Made by a program: the position numbers and the translations under genes. The notes below the pieces were generated by a model. It ran no database searches. It had not been told where the DNA came from and worked only from the letters and a program-made list of their open reading frames with translations. From contig JAYZQJ010000014.1 in NCBI GenBank assembly GCA_036149055.1, forward strand, positions 64,001 to 128,000: a DNA stretch of 64,000 bases, given 5' to 3'. Source of the stretch: Myxococcota bacterium. GTDB taxonomy: Bacteria; Myxococcota_A; Polyangia; Polyangiales; Sandaracinaceae. Below, piece by piece: positions 26,512-35,589 of this stretch. Position 1 is the first letter of the stretch; the number at the start of each line of letters is the position of its first letter.

Positions 26512-27789
26512 TCACAACCTCGCGAGTCTCCGCCGCGCGATCGCCGATCCCGGGTCCCGCTCCAGCGCCCGCTCCCAGGCCGCCCGGGCGGCCACGTCGT
26601 CGCCCTCCCGCTCGTGCAGGAGCGCGAGGTTCATCAGCGGGTTCGGGTCGGCGCGGTCGAGCGCCGCCGCCCGATCGAGCGCGATGCGCGCCTGCTCCGC
26701 GCGGCCGAGGTGCATGAGCGAGGCGCCGAGCCCGTTGAACGCGGCGGCCAGCTCCGGAGCCCGCTCGATCGCGTTCCGGAAGGCGCCGGCCGCGTCGTCG
26801 TAGCGCTCGAGCAGCGCCAGCGCGTTGCCGAGCTTGAGCCAGCTCGCGGCGTCGGCGTCCTCGCGCGCGATGGCGGCCCGGTAGGTCGCGACCGCGTCCT
26901 CGTAGCTCCGGAGGTCGCGCTGCAGATCTCCGAGCGCGAGCAGCGGCTCGGCGTCGTTCGGGCTCAGCTCGGCCGCCCGCGCGAAGTCCGCCTGCGCGCC
27001 GTGCACGTCCCCGAGGGCCGCCCGGGTCAGGCCGCGCCCGAGGTGGGCGTCCCCGTCGCTCTCCGCCGCCCGCACCGCCTGGTCGAACGCGTCGAGCGCT
27101 CGCTCGTGCGCGCCGCGGCGGCGCCGGAGCCGGCCGAGGTTGATCCACGCCTCGTGCGCCGTCGGATCCACCCGCACCGCGTCGGCGTAGGCCTCCGCCG
27201 CCGCCTCGTCGTCCGCGCCCAGCTCGTGCGCGAGCCCGCGCCGGTTGTGCACCGCGGCCACGTCGTCCTCGATCTCGCGCAGGTGCCCGAGCGCCGCGCG
27301 GCCGTCCTCGGCGTCGAGCGCGAGGTCCGCGGCCAGGAGCCGCCCGTGCACGTGATCGGGCTCGAGGGTCAGCGCGCCCGCGAGGATCGCCTCCGCCTCG
27401 CTCTGCCGGCTGCGGGCCCGGGCCACCGCCGCCGCGAGCACCTCCACGTCGGCGTCCCGCCCGAGCCGGTGGCGCGCCGAGGTCAGCTCGCCCTCCGCGA
27501 GCACCATGTCGCCGCGCTGGTAGTCCTCGAGCGCGTGCGCGTAGGCCAGGAGCCCCACGGTCTCGTCGTCCCGCCGCCCCGCCTCGATGGCCCGCTCGAG
27601 CAGCGAGGCCGCCGTCGAGGCCTGCAGCCGATCGATGCCCGGCGCCTCGGAGAGCGGCGCGTCCAGCCGGGCCCGCGCCCGCTCCACGAGCTCCCCGGCC
27701 GTGTAGTCCCGCCACCCCGCCCAGGCGATCGCCGCCACCACGCTGAGCGCGGTCACCCCGAGGGACACGAAGAGCAGTCTCTGCCGCAT
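26512..27789 (-). CDS. membrane-anchored TPR protein
   Basis: N-terminal TM then many TPRs (AWINLGRL, SWLKLGNAL, AFNGLGASL). Confidence 0.88.
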   Translation of the reverse strand: MRQRLLFVSLGVTALSVVAAIAWAGWRDYTAGELVERARARLDAPLSEAPGIDRLQASTAASLLERAIEAGRRDDETVGLLAYAHALEDYQRGDMVLAEGELTSARHRLGRDADVEVLAAAVARARSRQSEAEAILAGALTLEPDHVHGRLLAADLALDAEDGRAALGHLREIEDDVAAVHNRRGLAHELGADDEAAAEAYADAVRVDPTAHEAWINLGRLRRRRGAHERALDAFDQAVRAAESDGDAHLGRGLTRAALGDVHGAQADFARAAELSPNDAEPLLALGDLQRDLRSYEDAVATYRAAIAREDADAASWLKLGNALALLERYDDAAGAFRNAIERAPELAAAFNGLGASLMHLGRAEQARIALDRAAALDRADPNPLMNLALLHEREGDDVAARAAWERALERDPGSAIARRRLARL

Positions 27790-27834
27790 GCCCCGAGAGG
27801 ATCCCGCGCGCGCGGAGCGGTCAAGTTTTCGGCG

Positions 27835-30800
27835 CTACCAGATGACGGCGGTGGGGGTGAGGCGAGTGGTCCGGGTCCAGTCGCCGAGCTGGTAGTAGTA
27901 GTTGTAGCCCCAGCAGCGCAGCTCTCCGGACGTCAGGGTGGCGCAGGTGTGACTGCTGCCCACGGAGACCGAGGCGGCGTCGGTGAGCCCGGGATCGGCG
28001 GTGGGCCACGGGGTGGCGGCGGTCGTGCCGTCGCCGAGCTGACCCTGGTTGTTCCAGCCCCAGCAGCGCATCTGGCCGCCGGTGCGGACCACGCAGGTGT
28101 GGCTCTCCCCGATGGCCACGTCGGCGACGTCGGTCAGGGTGGGGACCGCCAGCGGGGTGCCGCGCGAGGTGGTGGAGCCGTCGCCGAGCTGCCCCGACGT
28201 GTTCTGACCCCAGCAGCTCACCCGGCCGTCCATGTGCCGCGCGCACGTCGAGTTCCCGCCGACCGCGATCTGCACGGCGTCGGTGATACCGCTCACCGTC
28301 ACCGGGGTCGGCGTGCTGGTCGTGGTCCCGTCTCCGAGCTGCCCGTAGTTGTTGAGGCCCCAGCAGCGCACCGTGCCGTCGGTGAGGCGCGCGCAGGAGT
28401 GGGATGTCCCGGAGCGCACCTCGGCGACGCCCGTCAGGCCCGAGACCGCGGTGGGGGTGGTCACGTATCCACCGCTCGAGCCCGCCGCGCCGCTCGAGTT
28501 GCGCCCCCAGCACACCACGGTCTCGTCGGTGAGCACCGCGCACGCGGCGTAGCCCCCGACCGAGACCTGCGACGCCGTGAGTCCGCTCAGCGTGACCGGC
28601 GCCCATCGAGTCGAACGGGTGCCGTCGCCCACCTCGTAGTTGCTGTTGTACCCCCAGCACCAGAGCGCGCCGTCGGTGGCGACGTAGCAGTGGGTGATGC
28701 CGTTGGTGTCGAAGTCGGCGGCGTCGGTCGGGGAGGAGCGGCGCGTCGGGCGGGTGCCCGCGCCGAGGCCGTAGCGCTCGTAGCCCCAGCAGTAGATCCG
28801 GCCGTTCGTCATCACCGCGCAGGACGACTCGGCGCCGAGCCCGAGCGAGCCGACGGTCGCGCAGCTCCCGCCCGCGCAGAGCATCGAGCAGGTGTTGCCG
28901 CAGGCGCCGCAGTTCATCTCGTCGTCCTGCACGTCGATGCACGCGCCGCCGCAGACCTGCTGGCCCGCCGGGCAGGCGCAGCTGCCGCTGAAGCACGTGG
29001 CCCCGGTCGCGCACGTCGTGCCGCAGCTGCCGCAGTTGTTCTCGTCGGTGCTCGTGTAGACGCACGCGCCGCCGCAGACCTCGGAGGTGCCGGGGCACGC
29101 GCAGGTCCCGCTGACGCAGGTGGCGCCGGTCGCGCACGTCGTACCGCACGAGCCGCAGTTCGCCTCGTCGCTCTGGAGGTCCGCGCAGGCGCTGCCGCAG
29201 ATGGTCTGCGCCCCCGGGCAGTAGCAGGCGCCGCTCAGGCAGGTCGCCCCGCTCGCGCAGGTGGTGCCGCACGAGCCGCAGTTCAGCTCGTCGTCCTGGG
29301 TGGAGACGCAGCGGCCGCCGCAGACGCTCCCGCCGCCCGGGCAGGTGCAGCTGCCGCTCAGACACGTCGCGCCCGACGCGCAGACCGTGCCGCAGCCGCC
29401 GCAGTTCAGCTCGTCGTCGGAGGTGGTCACGCAGCGACCGCTGCACACCTCGCCGCCGCCCGGGCAGGCGCAGGCGCCGCTCGCGCAGACGCCGCCGATC
29501 GCGCAGCTCGTGCCGCAGGCGCCGCAGTTGGCGGTGTCGGACGAGAGATCGACGCAGCGACCGCCGCACACGACCTGCCCGGCCGGGCACTCGCAGACGC
29601 CGGCGTTGCACGTCTGGCCCGTCGCGCAGGCGTTGCCGCACGTCCCGCAGCTCGCCTCGCTGGTGTTCAGGTCGACGCAGCGGTCGCCGCACACCGACTG
29701 CCCCGCCGGACAGGCGCAGGCGCCGGACGCGCAGGTGGCGCCCCACGGGCAGCGGTTGCCGCAGGTGCCGCAGTTGCTGAAGTCATTGTCCAGGTCCCGA
29801 CAGGTGGAGCCGCAGAGCGAGCCGCCGCCGGGGCACTCGCAGGAGCCGGACACGCAGGTCTGGGCCGAGGGGCACACCCGCCCGCACGCGCCGCAGTGGT
29901 AGCGGCTCGAGCCGACGTCGGTGCAGCGCCCGGAGCAGTCGATCTGCCCGCTCGGACACTCGCACGAGCCGGCGACGCAGCTCCGCCCACCGGCGCAGCC
30001 GGTGCCGCAGCGCCCACAGTTCCGGATGTCGGTGTCGGTGTCGGTGCAGCCCGCGCTGCAGTAGCTGCCGCCGCCCGGGCAGACGCACGCCCCGTCGCTG
30101 CAGACCTGGCCCGACGCGCAGCGCACGCCGCAGCCGCCGCAGTGGAGCGGATCGCTCGTGAAGTTCCGGCACGCGCCGTCGCAGACGCCGCCGTCGCCGG
30201 GGCAATCGCAGGCCCCGTCCACGCACGCCACGCCCCGCGGACACTCCTGCCCGCAGCCGCCGCAGTGCAGACGGCTCGCGTCGAGGTCCACGCACTCCGT
30301 CCCGCACAGCGCGCCGCCGCCCGGGCAGGTGCAGGCGCCGCGATCGCAGCGCTCCGAGGCCGCGCAGGCGTTGCCGCACGCGCCGCAGTTGGCCTCGTCG
30401 TCCTGGGTGGAGACGCAGACCCCGTCGCAGCGCTCGCCGCCGTCCGGGCACACGCACGCGCCGCCTTCGCAGACCTCGTCCGCGTCGCAGGAGACGCCGC
30501 ACGCGCCGCAGTTCTCCGCGTCGCTCCGCACGTCGACGCAGACGTCGTCGCAGGCGAGCTCGCCGTCGTCGCAGCCGCAGAGCCCCTCGATGCAGGGCAC
30601 GTCGAACGCGCACGCGGTGCCGCAGCCGCCGCAGTGGTTCTCGTCGTAGGCGACGTCGACGCAGCGCTCCCCGCACTGGATCTCGCCCACGGGGCACTCG
30701 CAGACGCCGTCGGCGCAGGCCGCCCCCGAGGGGCACTCGACGCCGCAGCCGCCGCAGTGGCGCAGATCGTTCAGCGAGACCTCTTCGCCGTCGCAGACCT

Positions 30801-31155
30801 GGCAGTCGTCGACCGCGCCGTCGCAGTCGTTGTCGAGCCCGTCCCCGCAGACCTCGGTGGTGGCGTCCGGGACGCAGCCGCAGACGCGCCCGTCGAGGCG
30901 GTCCGGCTGCACGCAGCCCCAGTTGTCGCCCGACGGGCAGTCGGTCTCCCCGAGGCACGTCCGGGTGCAGACCCGTCGCCCCGGCGTCAGCTCGAGGCAG
31001 AGGCCGCTGAGGCAGTCCTCGCTCACGGCGCAGGGCTCACCGAACTCGGCGAAGGCGCCGCCGTCCGGCCCGAGCGGGCGCTCGCCTTCGCAGGCGACGA
31101 GCAGGAGGCACGCGAGCGCGAGCCCGGAGAAGCGAAGATTCAGTACCACGAGCAC
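27835..31155 (-). CDS. lipoprotein with 16 x 40-aa Cys-rich repeats and C-terminal RCC1 beta-propeller
   Basis: 16 (N/H/S)CGxCGxxC repeats; CWGxNxxGQLGDG RCC1 repeats; lipobox LVAC. Confidence 0.9.
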   Translation of the reverse strand: MLVVLNLRFSGLALACLLLVACEGERPLGPDGGAFAEFGEPCAVSEDCLSGLCLELTPGRRVCTRTCLGETDCPSGDNWGCVQPDRLDGRVCGCVPDATTEVCGDGLDNDCDGAVDDCQVCDGEEVSLNDLRHCGGCGVECPSGAACADGVCECPVGEIQCGERCVDVAYDENHCGGCGTACAFDVPCIEGLCGCDDGELACDDVCVDVRSDAENCGACGVSCDADEVCEGGACVCPDGGERCDGVCVSTQDDEANCGACGNACAASERCDRGACTCPGGGALCGTECVDLDASRLHCGGCGQECPRGVACVDGACDCPGDGGVCDGACRNFTSDPLHCGGCGVRCASGQVCSDGACVCPGGGSYCSAGCTDTDTDIRNCGRCGTGCAGGRSCVAGSCECPSGQIDCSGRCTDVGSSRYHCGACGRVCPSAQTCVSGSCECPGGGSLCGSTCRDLDNDFSNCGTCGNRCPWGATCASGACACPAGQSVCGDRCVDLNTSEASCGTCGNACATGQTCNAGVCECPAGQVVCGGRCVDLSSDTANCGACGTSCAIGGVCASGACACPGGGEVCSGRCVTTSDDELNCGGCGTVCASGATCLSGSCTCPGGGSVCGGRCVSTQDDELNCGSCGTTCASGATCLSGACYCPGAQTICGSACADLQSDEANCGSCGTTCATGATCVSGTCACPGTSEVCGGACVYTSTDENNCGSCGTTCATGATCFSGSCACPAGQQVCGGACIDVQDDEMNCGACGNTCSMLCAGGSCATVGSLGLGAESSCAVMTNGRIYCWGYERYGLGAGTRPTRRSSPTDAADFDTNGITHCYVATDGALWCWGYNSNYEVGDGTRSTRWAPVTLSGLTASQVSVGGYAACAVLTDETVVCWGRNSSGAAGSSGGYVTTPTAVSGLTGVAEVRSGTSHSCARLTDGTVRCWGLNNYGQLGDGTTTSTPTPVTVSGITDAVQIAVGGNSTCARHMDGRVSCWGQNTSGQLGDGSTTSRGTPLAVPTLTDVADVAIGESHTCVVRTGGQMRCWGWNNQGQLGDGTTAATPWPTADPGLTDAASVSVGSSHTCATLTSGELRCWGYNYYYQLGDWTRTTRLTPTAVIW

Positions 31156-31745
31156 CCCGGCTGAGCGTTGCAGGCGAATCGATCGAAGTAGGAGCCACAG
31201 CTGCGCGGGACGCCCGAGCAGTCACTCTCCCATCGGCAGCCCTCTTGACGACGACAGGTGGAGTCGCCGGAGTAGAGCGAGCAGGGTCGCGCGGAGCCGC
31301 TGCAGTCGTCGCGCGAGCTGTTCCAGTAGCAGCCGTCCTGGCTGATGCAGGTGTAGTGGGTCCACTGCGAGTAGCAGCTCGCCGAGATCCCCTCGCACTG
31401 CTCGTCGTAGATGCAGCCCTCGATCTGCTCGCAGGTCGTGCGGGTGGTCCGCGCGAAGCAGCCCGAGGGGACGCCGTGGCAGCTCTCGGTCGGGCTCGGC
31501 CGCGTCACCCCGGAGTCGCTCGACGGCTGGGTGATGCCGGAGTCGCGCGTGGGGCGCGTGGCGCCCGAGTCGGTCCGAACCGGCGGTGACACCCCGGCGT
31601 CCGCCGGATCGCCGTCGATCATCGCCGCGTCGAAGCGCAGCACGCCACCCTCGGGGCCGCGGAGCATCGGAGGCGCGGGGCCGTCGCACGCGGCGAGGGC
31701 GAGCGCCGCGAGCGCGGCGGCGTGAAAAGACTTCCGGGACGACAA
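31140..31745 (-). CDS. small Cys-rich repeat lipoprotein
   Basis: Lipobox LAAC; repeated CxG...C...GCxW units; GGAGAG RBS before TTG. Confidence 0.7.
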   Translation of the reverse strand: MSSRKSFHAAALAALALAACDGPAPPMLRGPEGGVLRFDAAMIDGDPADAGVSPPVRTDSGATRPTRDSGITQPSSDSGVTRPSPTESCHGVPSGCFARTTRTTCEQIEGCIYDEQCEGISASCYSQWTHYTCISQDGCYWNSSRDDCSGSARPCSLYSGDSTCRRQEGCRWESDCSGVPRSCGSYFDRFACNAQPGCSWY

Positions 31746-31787
31746 AACGACTCTCCCTCGCGCGCCAGGAGAGACGCACCGGGAGGG

Positions 31788-31816
31788 ACGCTATTTGTTC
31801 AGGACTGAACCGTCAA
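31788..31816 (-). promoter_or_regulatory. putative sigma70 promoter with palindrome in spacer
   Basis: TTGACG-17 nt-TAGCGT on minus strand; GTTCAG-GA-CTGAAC at 31797-31810. Confidence 0.55.
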
Positions 31817-31906
31817 GGGAACCGAAATTGTCAACGGGATCGACTTCACCCCCGCAAAACGGGGATATCGAGTGGGGATGAGGCCTTCACGGGACGGTGC
31901 GCAAGC

Positions 31907-32677
31907 TCACTCGCAGGCGAACGCCGGGATGCAGAGGTCGGTGAAGCAGCCTCCGTCGCCCTCCGGCACGGTGCCCTCGGGGCAGTCCGGAGGCTCGCGC
32001 TCGCAGAACGCCGTGCAGCTGTCGCCGGTGAGGGGGACGCAGACGGGCATGGCCGCCGGGGCGTCGCGCGGGACCACCGCGGGCACGCAGCCGGCGACGC
32101 TGCAGCTGTCGTCGTCGACCACGAACGCGCCCTCGCAGCTCGGCCCGGCCGGCCCGCAGCCCCACGAGGGCACGACGCCGCAGCTCGGGCTGCGACACCC
32201 GTCGAAGGCGATGCACCCCTGGTAGTCGGGGTTCGTGCAGTCGGCGCAGGGCCCGTCGGTGCAGGTCGGGCAGCACGAGTCGTCCCAGACCGGGGCGCAG
32301 TCGAGGCTCCCGAAGCACGCCACCGCGCCGAGGCCCTCGCAGGGCTCGGGCGGCGGAGGCGGCGGCACCACCCCGCACGCGGGCGCGCTCCGATCCTCGA
32401 TCAGGACGGCGCAGCCCATCGCGTCGACGGACCGGATGAACGGCTGGCCGTCGAAGCCGGCGATGGTGGCCGTGCACGCGCGCGCCGACGGCGCCCAGCC
32501 CCCCGCGGGGAGGGGCGTGGCGCCGGGCGAGCAGCCCATGAAGTCCGCGATCGGACAGCAGACCCCGCCGTCCGGTGGGTCACCGGCGTCGGGGTCTCCG
32601 TCCATACCGTGGGAGGAGGAGCACCCCACGAGCGCGAGGAGCGAGAGCAGTGCCAGCGTGTGCCGCGTCGTCATCAC
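31907..32677 (-). CDS. Cys-rich lipoprotein
   Basis: Lipobox LVGC, many Cys, poly-Pro linker. Confidence 0.75.
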   Translation of the reverse strand: MMTTRHTLALLSLLALVGCSSSHGMDGDPDAGDPPDGGVCCPIADFMGCSPGATPLPAGGWAPSARACTATIAGFDGQPFIRSVDAMGCAVLIEDRSAPACGVVPPPPPPEPCEGLGAVACFGSLDCAPVWDDSCCPTCTDGPCADCTNPDYQGCIAFDGCRSPSCGVVPSWGCGPAGPSCEGAFVVDDDSCSVAGCVPAVVPRDAPAAMPVCVPLTGDSCTAFCEREPPDCPEGTVPEGDGGCFTDLCIPAFACE

Positions 32678-32705
32678 TGCGCAGCCTACGCAATCTGCGG
32701 GCCGC

Positions 32706-33917
32706 TTACTCCTCGCGGACCTGGAGCAGGCCGCCCTCGAAGCGGAGCAGCAGCGTGCCGGACGGCCCCTCGAGCACCCCGCGGAAGCTGTCGCCGACGG
32801 TCAGGGGGCGGGCCGCCTCGAGGTCCGGGTCCTCGGAGCCGCTCACCGTGACGCGGTAGCCGGAGATGTCGACCGCGGCGTAGGGCGCCTCGTCCATGAA
32901 GCGGGCGGGCACGAACACCGAGTCGCCGGCGTCGCCGAAGCTCGAGAGCATGCAGCCGGTGCAGACGCGGCGGCCGTCGGCCGGCGTGAGATCGGTGATC
33001 GGGGTCGCGATCGCGCTCCTCACCGCGTCGAGGCGGAAGGCGTGCAGCTCGTTGCCGCCGGTCGCGAGCGCGCCGACCACGACGCCGCTCGGGGTCACGG
33101 CGACGCCGCCGGAGTAGTCACCGAAGTCGGTGATCACCGCGTCGGTGGTGACGCCGAGGGCGCCGAAGGAGAGCGCGTAGATCGCCTGGCCGGCGCGACC
33201 CGAGTCGAGCGCGTTGACCAGGAGCGCGTCGTCGGAGAACCAGCTCGCGTCGAAGTTGCCGGCGAGCGCGGTGGGGAAGGTGCCGTCGGTGCTCAGGTCG
33301 AAGACCACGATCTCACCCGGGAAGGTGAAGGCCGCGTCCTGGAGCGTGTAGCCGACCGCGAGCCGGTTGCCGTCGGGCGAGAGGACCACGAAGCCCGAGG
33401 GGGCGACGGGGCTCTCGGCGTCGTGGGTCACGGGGTAGGAGCGAGAGACGGGCGGCGCGGCGCGACCGGCGCTCCAGTCCCACTCCCGGATCTCGAGCAG
33501 CGTGCCGCCCGGGGTGGCGCTGGTGCTCAGCTCGTACACGGTGGCGGCGTCGCCGCTCACGCGGGTGCCGAGCGCGTCCGCGTCGGTGCAGTGCCCGCCG
33601 ACCACGCTCAGGCTCGCGCCGAGCTCGTCGTTCCAGGTGCTGGCGTCGGCGCCGCAGGTGGGCACGCAGGCGCCGCGGAGCTCGACCTCGTCGGCGCCGC
33701 AGCCCACGCCGGAGTCCGGGTCCATCACGCCGGAGTCCGGGTCCATGACGCCGGTGTCGGGGTCCATCACGCCGGTGTCGGGGTCCTGGCCCCCGTCGCC
33801 GAGGCCGGCGTCGCCGAGGTCCGGGCCGCCGTCGACCGGGTCCATCTCGCCGTCACAGGCGCTCAGGGACAGCGCCAGAAGGAGGGCGCCAAGAATGCGG
33901 AAACGTCGAATGCTCAC
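32706..33917 (-). CDS. cobalamin-riboswitch-controlled lipoprotein (beta-propeller-like)
   Basis: GAGAGGAG RBS before GTG 33917; lipobox LSAC; DPD(T/S)GVM linker repeats; beta-rich C-terminal domain. Confidence 0.8.
   Translation of the reverse strand: MSIRRFRILGALLLALSLSACDGEMDPVDGGPDLGDAGLGDGGQDPDTGVMDPDTGVMDPDSGVMDPDSGVGCGADEVELRGACVPTCGADASTWNDELGASLSVVGGHCTDADALGTRVSGDAATVYELSTSATPGGTLLEIREWDWSAGRAAPPVSRSYPVTHDAESPVAPSGFVVLSPDGNRLAVGYTLQDAAFTFPGEIVVFDLSTDGTFPTALAGNFDASWFSDDALLVNALDSGRAGQAIYALSFGALGVTTDAVITDFGDYSGGVAVTPSGVVVGALATGGNELHAFRLDAVRSAIATPITDLTPADGRRVCTGCMLSSFGDAGDSVFVPARFMDEAPYAAVDISGYRVTVSGSEDPDLEAARPLTVGDSFRGVLEGPSGTLLLRFEGGLLQVREE
33706..33786 (-). repeat. 21-bp coding tandem repeat (about 4 copies, DPD[T/S]GVM)
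   Basis: gccggagtccgggtccatcac-like units in tandem. Confidence 0.85.
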
Positions 33918-34020
33918 TGCTGCTCCTCTCGCCCCGCTCCCCGCGAGGCCGTTCGAGCGGGTGAGCGCTCGCGGAGGGCGAGAGGCTCGACGCCTCCACA
34001 CCCCGTGAAGGCTCACCAGC

Positions 34021-34195
34021 TCGTGCGCGCGGCAGGTCTCCTGGCTCGCCGGATCGTCCGGCCGGGCTGCCTTCCCGACGATCGCTCGTCAGTGGCGTCA
34101 GCGCCCGGACCGTCCCCGGTCACAGTGGCGGGGGCCGCGCCGGCTTCTCACCGGCTTCCCTTTCACTCCGCGCGAATCGCGGACCGCGTGCACGT
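34021..34195 (-). ncRNA. cobalamin (B12) riboswitch
   Basis: Minus strand AAGGGAA...GCCCCCGCCACTGT...GCCACTG...GGGAAGG...AGCCAGGAGACCTGCC; closing stem 34022-34032 / 34184-34194. Confidence 0.95.
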
Positions 34196-34275
34196 TCGTC
34201 GATTGTCAGGCGACGCCCCCACCCTGGGAGCGACGGCCCTCCTTATCCCCCGCTCGCGCCGCGGTCAAACGCCGT

Positions 34276-35553
34276 ATGATGCGCGCGATGCGCTGGACCG
34301 TGCTCACCGCTCTCTGCGCCCTGCTGCCCGCCTGCGTGGTGCCCTGCCCCGACGAGCCGCTCGCCCGGCCGAGCGAGCCGCCGGCCTTCGTGGTGCGATT
34401 GCACGACCGCCTGACGCCGCCCGAGCCGGGGGTGCCGGGCGTCGACCGGATCCTGCCGCCGATCGGCGCGGGCGAGTACGCCCTGCACGCGCTCTACGCC
34501 GCCGACGGCCGCCCGATCGCCGAGCGCTGGCTCGACACCGTGACCGTCTGGGAGGGCGCGACCGGCGTGGTCGACGCCGCCTCCGTCCTGCCGGCGCGCA
34601 TGCGGCCGGGCGCGCTCACCCTGCTGCTCGCCGACGGGCCGCGCGCGCGGGTGCGCTTCGAGACGTCCAGCGGGCTCCTCCTCGGCCAGCGCGACACCTG
34701 GGGCGCGACCCCGGCCGCGGGCGGCGAGCTGGTGGCCCAGATCGATCTCGGCGACGGCACCGTGCTCCTGTCGCGCCGCCGCACCGACGCCTCGCCGGCC
34801 GGCGTCCTCTGGATCGACGCGGACGAGCGCGACGGCGAGCCGCGGGACGTCTTCGCGCTCGACGGGCTCTCGAGCGGCCGGGTCACGCCGGGCCGGGGCG
34901 CGCCGGCGGGGGTGGGCCGCGCGATCCTGACGGTCGGGCTGGAGGACGAGCCGGCGGCCGGCGCGGTCGCGCTGATCACCCCCGGCGACGACGACCTCAG
35001 CCGCTTCGAGCTGCCCGGGGTGTCGGGCTGCGTGGACGCCGCGCCGCTCGCGCCGGCCGGCGACGTGGCGCGGGTGGCCGTGCTCTGCGTCGGCGATCCG
35101 TCGAGCGCGGCGCGAGACGGCGCCGGGCTCGTGCTCCTCGAGGCGGCCCCGGCGCTCCCGCCGCGCGTCGCCGTCACCCGCGCGCAGGCCGAGCTCTTCG
35201 TCGACCACCCGCCGACCGGCGCCCTCGTCGCGCTCGCCGGGAGCTGGGTGGCCTACCTCTCGGCCGGCGACGAGGAGCGCGCGGACGCGCTGATCGCGGT
35301 CGACCTCACGAGCGACGCGGGCGCGATCCTCTGGGAGGAGGACCGCTCGGAGAGGTGGGGCGGCGCGCTCGGCGAGGGAGACTTCTCGCCCGGGACCGGG
35401 GAGCTGTGGTGGCCGAGCGTGGAGGAAGGCGTCTTGCGCTTCCAGCAGGTCGGCGAGGGCGCGGACGCCCGCTTCGACGTGCTCGCCGCCGCGCCGCCGC
35501 CGGGCTGCACGAACCTGCCCGCCCGTCAGGCGCGTCACCTGCCCGCGCCTTGA
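34276..35553 (+). CDS. hypothetical lipoprotein (beta-rich)
   Basis: Lipobox LPAC; host-like codon usage; divergent from riboswitch. Confidence 0.7.
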   Translation: MMRAMRWTVLTALCALLPACVVPCPDEPLARPSEPPAFVVRLHDRLTPPEPGVPGVDRILPPIGAGEYALHALYAADGRPIAERWLDTVTVWEGATGVVDAASVLPARMRPGALTLLLADGPRARVRFETSSGLLLGQRDTWGATPAAGGELVAQIDLGDGTVLLSRRRTDASPAGVLWIDADERDGEPRDVFALDGLSSGRVTPGRGAPAGVGRAILTVGLEDEPAAGAVALITPGDDDLSRFELPGVSGCVDAAPLAPAGDVARVAVLCVGDPSSAARDGAGLVLLEAAPALPPRVAVTRAQAELFVDHPPTGALVALAGSWVAYLSAGDEERADALIAVDLTSDAGAILWEEDRSERWGGALGEGDFSPGTGELWWPSVEEGVLRFQQVGEGADARFDVLAAAPPPGCTNLPARQARHLPAP

Positions 35554-35589
35554 CCCGGACCGCGCGTCTCTGGTGTAACCCGGGGCGCG

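Noticed and set aside
26260..31164. 1634-aa plus-strand ORF, and similar giants at 13521-17177, 32235-36230 and 43820-46561
   Set aside because: Shadow frames of clear genes on the opposite strand or another frame; Arg/Ala/Gly-rich with no motifs, as expected in very high-GC DNA
31797..31810. GTTCAG-GA-CTGAAC as a LexA box
   Set aside because: Half-sites are in the opposite orientation and spacing to GAAC-N4-GTTC; kept only as a generic operator candidate
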